Part shown: positions 59,087-64,000 of the stretch, piece after piece | Layout: the number at the start of each line of letters is the position of its first letter | How positions within the stretch are numbered: position 1 is the first letter of the stretch | IMG/VR virus record: IMGVR_UViG_3300045988_044010 | From: a virus | Strand: one strand, 5' to 3' | Length of the DNA: 64,000 nt | The notes under the pieces: generated by a model | What the model was told of the DNA's origin: nothing | The model's input: only the letters and a program-made list of their open reading frames with translations | Databases searched by the model: none | Position numbers and translations under genes: made by a program

Positions 59087-60055
59087 CTAAAACGAAATCT
59101 TCTTTGCTGGTTCTTCATTTCGTATAGTTTCAATTAAATTATTGTATTTCAGATCGTTGTCGAATTCTAATATCGAGCATTGTCCAGCATCTCTATTCTT
59201 TATAAGATGCAAGTAGACTTTGTTATTAACTGGTAAACGATTCGGTCCATACTGTTGGATATTTAGTAACTCTGGTCTGTGAATACAAATAACATAATCG
59301 GATGCATGAAATATTGTATCAGCAGAAGAAATATCACTACGCATTGGATAATGCATAGATGGATTGTTAATTCTATCAGGAGTTTCAATGTTACGATTCA
59401 TCTGTGATAACTGTATTACAGTGGTATTAGGTAACTTTTTTACCTTAATAAACAGTTTCTGTAAATCGGAAATCACTTGCAGTGCTGACTCGCGAGATTG
59501 ACCTTCAACAAGTAAAGTATGGTCAAGTATGACTATAAATTTCTTGCCTTTAGCTTTATTCTCATAGAAGTAGTCTATAGTAGAAGCTATATCTTCAACT
59601 GTACCCGGTGTATCTACATAATATATCGGATATGATTTTATCTGTTGAGAAGTCTCTTCGACTTTGGCTAACGATTCATTATCTAAATCATTGTTAGCAC
59701 TATATAGCTCAGCAGTAGTTAGCCTTAACTTACTGCTTAATTTTCTACCAACCTGCCTAGAACTTAACATCTCAAATGAGAAGTTAAGTACTATAACATC
59801 CTGATCAGAATTTAGATCTATTAAATCATTTTCTAACGTATTAACAAATGATGACTTTCCACTACCTGATATACCCACTATTGTATATACAGTATTCGGT
59901 TCAATACCGCCCATACAGACAGCATTAAACTTATTCCATCTTGTTTTAAGAGACTTTACCTCATGGTTCTTTCTCTTCTTAATATACTCCGTAGCTTCTT
60001 TTGTTGCTGCTGATATATGCTGGAATTGTAGTATTTTAGTAGAGATCTGTTCCAT
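59087..60055 (-). CDS. DnaB-like replicative helicase (322 aa)
   Basis: Walker A is GISGSGKSS. Walker B-like is FIVILDHTLL. It stops at TAG, followed at once by TAA TAA (59081-59086). Confidence 0.8.
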   Translation of the reverse strand: MEQISTKILQFQHISAATKEATEYIKKRKNHEVKSLKTRWNKFNAVCMGGIEPNTVYTIVGISGSGKSSFVNTLENDLIDLNSDQDVIVLNFSFEMLSSRQVGRKLSSKLRLTTAELYSANNDLDNESLAKVEETSQQIKSYPIYYVDTPGTVEDIASTIDYFYENKAKGKKFIVILDHTLLVEGQSRESALQVISDLQKLFIKVKKLPNTTVIQLSQMNRNIETPDRINNPSMHYPMRSDISSADTIFHASDYVICIHRPELLNIQQYGPNRLPVNNKVYLHLIKNRDAGQCSILEFDNDLKYNNLIETIRNEEPAKKISF

Positions 60056-60602
60056 AACTATTTGTCATAATTGGTTCTTCTACTTTCATCTGTTCCTCGT
60101 AAGTCTCCCACTCATGTTGAGTGAGCCATTTCCACATAGTTTTCATATAACCTAATTTGCCGGTAAGCATTTTATTATCTATCTCATACTTAAGACAGTT
60201 ACAGATATGCTGATGCATAGCTTTGCTTTTTCCAACTATTCTATTATATTCCTTCCTACATTTGTTCACATTTGCTCTAAGGAAACCTTTGGTTCCATCA
60301 GGGCGTATAACATAAACTGGAAATAGGTCATAAAATTCATCAAACATAGATTTATCTTCTTTAAGAAGTTCTTCTAGTTCTTTTGTTTTCTTTATGACAG
60401 TAGTATCATCTACTATTTTGGTAGTGATTAGTTTACGAGACTCTAACTCTTGTATCTCTTCTTCATTAACTAGGCTGAGAAGTTTCTGAATGTCTTGATT
60501 GATGGTTTGATTATCACTCAATACAAGTGTTAGGAATACTAATTGATTCATAGATAAATCTGAAATTCTATCTAAGATAGAAGTGTCTATTTCTAAAATC
60601 AT
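60036..60602 (-). CDS. hypothetical protein (possible helicase loader/replication organiser by position, 188 aa)
   Basis: Intact ORF that overlaps the helicase start by 20 nt. Confidence 0.6.
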   Translation of the reverse strand: MILEIDTSILDRISDLSMNQLVFLTLVLSDNQTINQDIQKLLSLVNEEEIQELESRKLITTKIVDDTTVIKKTKELEELLKEDKSMFDEFYDLFPVYVIRPDGTKGFLRANVNKCRKEYNRIVGKSKAMHQHICNCLKYEIDNKMLTGKLGYMKTMWKWLTQHEWETYEEQMKVEEPIMTNSYGTDLY

Positions 60603-60657
60603 ATTCTCATATTATTATATGAGCTATGGTCTCTGAAATATATCTGATAAGCCTCTG

Positions 60658-62607
60658 TTAATCCCATAGGCTCATTTGTAACGGTTTTAATTCTCTGATT
60701 ATCTTATAGGCTTCCATAATGTAATACCTATAATTAATCTTTCTCTCTTCAATTGGTTTATCATCTAAGTAATTTAATAAAGTAACACCAGATGCAGTAA
60801 GCATATTCTGATACTGTTTTTCTGTAGGACATGGAATACTTATATCGAAACGATTAGTATCCTTTTCCTTCCATTTCCACAAGTAAGCACCATTAGTACT
60901 TGCATAGAAACGGTTTGTTCTCTGTTGTTCTTTATTATTATACTCAACATGCCATTGTTTACCAGTCTTTTCAGACATTAGAAAATCTCTAATATCTTTG
61001 CAACCTTTTATAGTTTCTTCTACTGGTACTCCGTTCTTAAAAAAGTTTATTACTGCTTTCGGTATGATCTTCGGAGTTAGACCTTTCCCTAATTTCACAG
61101 TAGTAATAAACATACCCTTCTCTTTTACCTTATCATCTTCAGTAATAGCAAAGTAGTCATTTATAGCATATTGATACATAGCTTTAAAACGTTCTTCCTC
61201 AAGCGTTAGCCTAGTAAGTTGTTCCCATTCTCTGCAAACGTTGTTAACTTTTGAATATACGTCTTTCTTAAGTAAGACAAATAATCCATCAGTATTTGCT
61301 TGGACGATTCGACATCCTAATTGGGTAAGTTTCTCTGCTAGCATTAGTAATAGTAACTGTCCATTTATTCTGATTTGCATTACAGCAAATGGACTATAAC
61401 AGAAATTGTGTTCATTCTGTAAGTTACCAGATAATCCATTGAGAGCAAGCTTTAAGGTTTCATTTTTAACCTTATTGCCATTGTGTTTAGCTTCAATTCG
61501 CTCATCTTTAATTTGTTTATATACTTCTAGGAATTCAGGACCTAAATGTTTAGGATAGAATTCATATTCTATTAGCATACTTGGATATAGAGATGCAACA
61601 TCTATATCAATGAGCATTTCATCTTCTTTCGGAATAATTATTTCAGGTTTATTCACTGAGTGAATTCCTCCGACTCCTACAGAATACTGTAATCCTTCAA
61701 ATACGAATTTATTTTCGTATCCTTTTCTACCTGGAGATACTATTTGACTTTTCATGTCATTTAGTACTCTAGTTAGTATAGGACTATCATATTTAATAAA
61801 AGGTAGTATAACACTATTTAATGGTATTACTGACATAGGAGATCTTAAATCTTTAATATCCCACCATGTTTGACCTGTTTTCTCAAGATACTTCTGAGTC
61901 AAGATCTTCATACCAATGTTTACACCATCTTTACTAAGTACACGTACTCCATATTCATCTTCAATAGCTATTCTTAAGTCGATGTCTTTTTTACATCTAT
62001 TGAGTAATTCCTCAGTAGAATTAACATCATTAATATTATAATCAATCATTGAATCAATTTGATTCTCAGGCAAATCTGCCTGCCAATCAGCAACAAATTC
62101 TTGTACATTCTTGTACTGCATTGTTACTTGAATTTCTTTCAAACCTACTCTTAGCTTATTACTATATAACATAGTAAGAATATCAAAAGAGTCAAAACAA
62201 ATCATATACTTCCACTTTCTCCAAGCAGAATTATCATCCTCACTTGAAGTAGTAATTACTTTACTTAGGTTAAACACAGACCTACAAATGTCTCTATAAC
62301 CTTTATATTTCATTATATTGTAACAATCTATTATATAGTTTATAATAGCATTATCATAATGAAGATTATTATAACCACAAAATAATATGTTAGTATCTAA
62401 CTTAATATCTGTAGTATATAAATCTCCGAAAGTATATTTTGTATTAACTGTATGAAAGAATTCAACTAATTCATCTAATTGATTTCTTCTGCAAGATATT
62501 TCAAATTTATGCAATTCACCTGTTTCTGTATTTTTTACAGTACAATGGAAGACATTGGGGAATACCTCAATATCATATACATAAACAATCTTATCTCGTA
62601 TAATCAT
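60658..62607 (-). CDS. family B DNA polymerase (649 aa)
   Basis: Exo I is YDIEVFPN, Exo II is NNLHYD, Exo III is YNINDV. Motif A is DVASLYPS, motif B is KLALNGLSG, and motif C is ANTDGLFV. Confidence 0.9.
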   Translation of the reverse strand: MIIRDKIVYVYDIEVFPNVFHCTVKNTETGELHKFEISCRRNQLDELVEFFHTVNTKYTFGDLYTTDIKLDTNILFCGYNNLHYDNAIINYIIDCYNIMKYKGYRDICRSVFNLSKVITTSSEDDNSAWRKWKYMICFDSFDILTMLYSNKLRVGLKEIQVTMQYKNVQEFVADWQADLPENQIDSMIDYNINDVNSTEELLNRCKKDIDLRIAIEDEYGVRVLSKDGVNIGMKILTQKYLEKTGQTWWDIKDLRSPMSVIPLNSVILPFIKYDSPILTRVLNDMKSQIVSPGRKGYENKFVFEGLQYSVGVGGIHSVNKPEIIIPKEDEMLIDIDVASLYPSMLIEYEFYPKHLGPEFLEVYKQIKDERIEAKHNGNKVKNETLKLALNGLSGNLQNEHNFCYSPFAVMQIRINGQLLLLMLAEKLTQLGCRIVQANTDGLFVLLKKDVYSKVNNVCREWEQLTRLTLEEERFKAMYQYAINDYFAITEDDKVKEKGMFITTVKLGKGLTPKIIPKAVINFFKNGVPVEETIKGCKDIRDFLMSEKTGKQWHVEYNNKEQQRTNRFYASTNGAYLWKWKEKDTNRFDISIPCPTEKQYQNMLTASGVTLLNYLDDKPIEERKINYRYYIMEAYKIIRELKPLQMSLWD

Positions 62608-62627
62608 AATATAATAATGTTAGTTTG

Positions 62628-62750
62628 AGTCCATGAGAAGATTCGAACTTCTAACTTAGGCATTTATTATCAGGCTCTACAGTCTGTTTATTATGATGCC
62701 AGAGGTCGTTGGAACCCCACTTTTTGTTTTGCCTATTAAACTACATGAAC
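62628..62750 (-). tRNA. tRNA-like gene with an insertion of about 50 nt in the anticodon-arm region (isotype undetermined)
   Basis: The minus strand reads GTTCATG-TA-GTTT-AATAGGCA-AAAC-A...AGAAG-TTCGAAT-CTTCT-CATGGAC-T. It has a 7-bp acceptor stem (one G.U pair), U8, a D arm with GG at positions 18-19, and a canonical T arm. There are 67 nt where 17 are expected. Confidence 0.4.
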
Positions 62751-62815
62751 AACCGGTGTTATTACCGACATTGCAATTAAAGAATCATATAATTATTGTA
62801 TTTTGCTAGCAGATT

Positions 62816-63319
62816 TTAGGCGGCTAGCTTTACCTTTTTCATTTGGTATATCTTAGCTGTACTCTTTCGAGCAAAACCTCGATTTTTCTTTTGTCGATGA
62901 CAATTTGTATGATCAACGGGTTCAGTATTATACGTACGTTTGTACGTTTCTTTGAACGCTACAAGGGAAGCTTTGTGCTTAGCCTTGTCTTCTTTGCTCT
63001 GCTTAGCAGATGCAATTTTGGCTTGTTTCATATGAATAATCATCATATTGAATTTAGCCTGAGCAGTTGTTAACTTATTATCCTTATTGAATTGAGGATA
63101 ATTAGGAGTTTGCAACTTAAAATGTTCTTTTCTAGCTTCTGCTAGTGCTTTTAAGTGAGCTTTTCTTTTAGCTCTCTTCTCCTGTAATTTAGGATCATCC
63201 CACATCGGACATGTGTTCTCTCCCTTTACGTTAGGTTTTCTTCCTGAGATAGCTCTTGCAGCTTTTTTATAAGCATTCTTTGCTTTTACTATAGCTTCTA
63301 TTTGTTCTTTTGTCTTCAT
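62816..63319 (-). CDS. Lys-rich basic protein (167 aa)
   Basis: Intact ORF with a TAA stop. The C-terminus reads KVKLAA. Confidence 0.7.
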   Translation of the reverse strand: MKTKEQIEAIVKAKNAYKKAARAISGRKPNVKGENTCPMWDDPKLQEKRAKRKAHLKALAEARKEHFKLQTPNYPQFNKDNKLTTAQAKFNMMIIHMKQAKIASAKQSKEDKAKHKASLVAFKETYKRTYNTEPVDHTNCHRQKKNRGFARKSTAKIYQMKKVKLAA

Positions 63320-63344
63320 ATCTTGATAATGTTAAAAGTTAAAC

Positions 63345-64000
63345 CTATGCTGCTAACAGCGTTGTCTTAGGATAGTAGATAATAGCATTATCTTTACTAT
63401 CTTTTAGTCGTACTCCAGTAAACGAAGTATCATTTTTGTACTTCTTAATTACTGTAGCTGCTTTCTTTTTTGCATCTTCTCGGCTATTAGCTTTGAAGTA
63501 GTCAGTTTGGAAATCATAATCCTTCATAGGATTATCGTCTGAACGGCGCTGAATCGTACAAGTGAATTGGCGCTCTTCTTCTTTTTCTTTCACGGACAGA
63601 TCTGCAGCCGTGTAACTTGGCTGTATATGCCTCTTAATAAAATCTAGAACCTTATCCTTGTGAGTTACTTCGGATATGTGTTTTCTAGATTCTAACAGTT
63701 CTTTTTTATGCTTTTTCTTAGCATTTATACGAGCTTTAATGTCTTCATCTGTTAACATAAGCGGTTTTGGTTGAACAAACAAGTTGTTTTTTACAGCACG
63801 AGTGAATTTCTTCTTCTCTGCTCTAGTATACTTAACTGTAGGATCATATCCTACTTTTTCAAGTATCTGTTTAATTCGTTCTTTCTTGGCTATCTTAGCA
63901 GCTTTGTTATCTTCCATAGCCTTCTTTGCTACATCAGTCAAATGATCAGCTAGATGTACTTTCTTGCTGTTACTGATGAAACCTATTACTTTCCCATCTT
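63345..64000 (-). CDS. Lys-rich basic protein (5' end probably outside the window)
   Basis: The frame stays open upstream of the track TTG start (63941) to the window edge. It stops at TAG 63345-63347, followed by GTT TAA. The C-terminus reads TTLLAA. Confidence 0.6.
   Translation of the reverse strand, partial: DGKVIGFISNSKKVHLADHLTDVAKKAMEDNKAAKIAKKERIKQILEKVGYDPTVKYTRAEKKKFTRAVKNNLFVQPKPLMLTDEDIKARINAKKKHKKELLESRKHISEVTHKDKVLDFIKRHIQPSYTAADLSVKEKEEERQFTCTIQRRSDDNPMKDYDFQTDYFKANSREDAKKKAATVIKKYKNDTSFTGVRLKDSKDNAIIYYPKTTLLAA

Noticed and set aside
1-64000. Lysogeny or mobile-element markers (integrase, att sites, transposase).
   Set aside because: No tyrosine or serine recombinase motifs and no transposase-like ORFs were seen in either code. 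The only mobile-type genes are the GIY-YIG endonuclease and the DGR.

Overview
This is a low-GC dsDNA phage segment. Its architecture looks crAss-like (Crassvirales type), which is an inference from gene content. A rightward late/structural module of about 51.4 kb (1-51461) converges on a leftward replication module of about 12.5 kb (51540-64000). A hairpin terminator region at 51485-51534 lies between them.

The rightward module only makes sense if TAG is translated, most likely as Gln. Standard-code ORF fragments stay in one frame and are interrupted only by TAG. Real gene ends use TAA or TGA. Read that way, the + strand encodes:
- head-associated proteins and a capsid candidate
- two collagen-like tail fibres of 1817 and 1613 codons
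- an M15 peptidase endolysin
- a complete diversity-generating retroelement (target gene, VR, TR, reverse transcriptase)
- a GIY-YIG homing endonuclease
- several large virion proteins
- a single 4498-codon ORF carrying a zincin HExxH motif and a DFDID motif, as in the virion RNA polymerase of crAss-like phages
- a further 1382-codon protein

The leftward module is intact under the standard code. It encodes a family B DNA polymerase, a DnaB-like helicase, a primase, an SSB, two ATPases, two metallophosphoesterases and two nucleases.

Two tRNA-like elements sit directly upstream of the primase and polymerase genes. I could not fold either into a canonical cloverleaf by eye, and I found no clear CUA-anticodon tRNA in this window. 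I saw no rRNA, CRISPR array or integrase.

All product calls rest on motifs read by eye. No database search was run.
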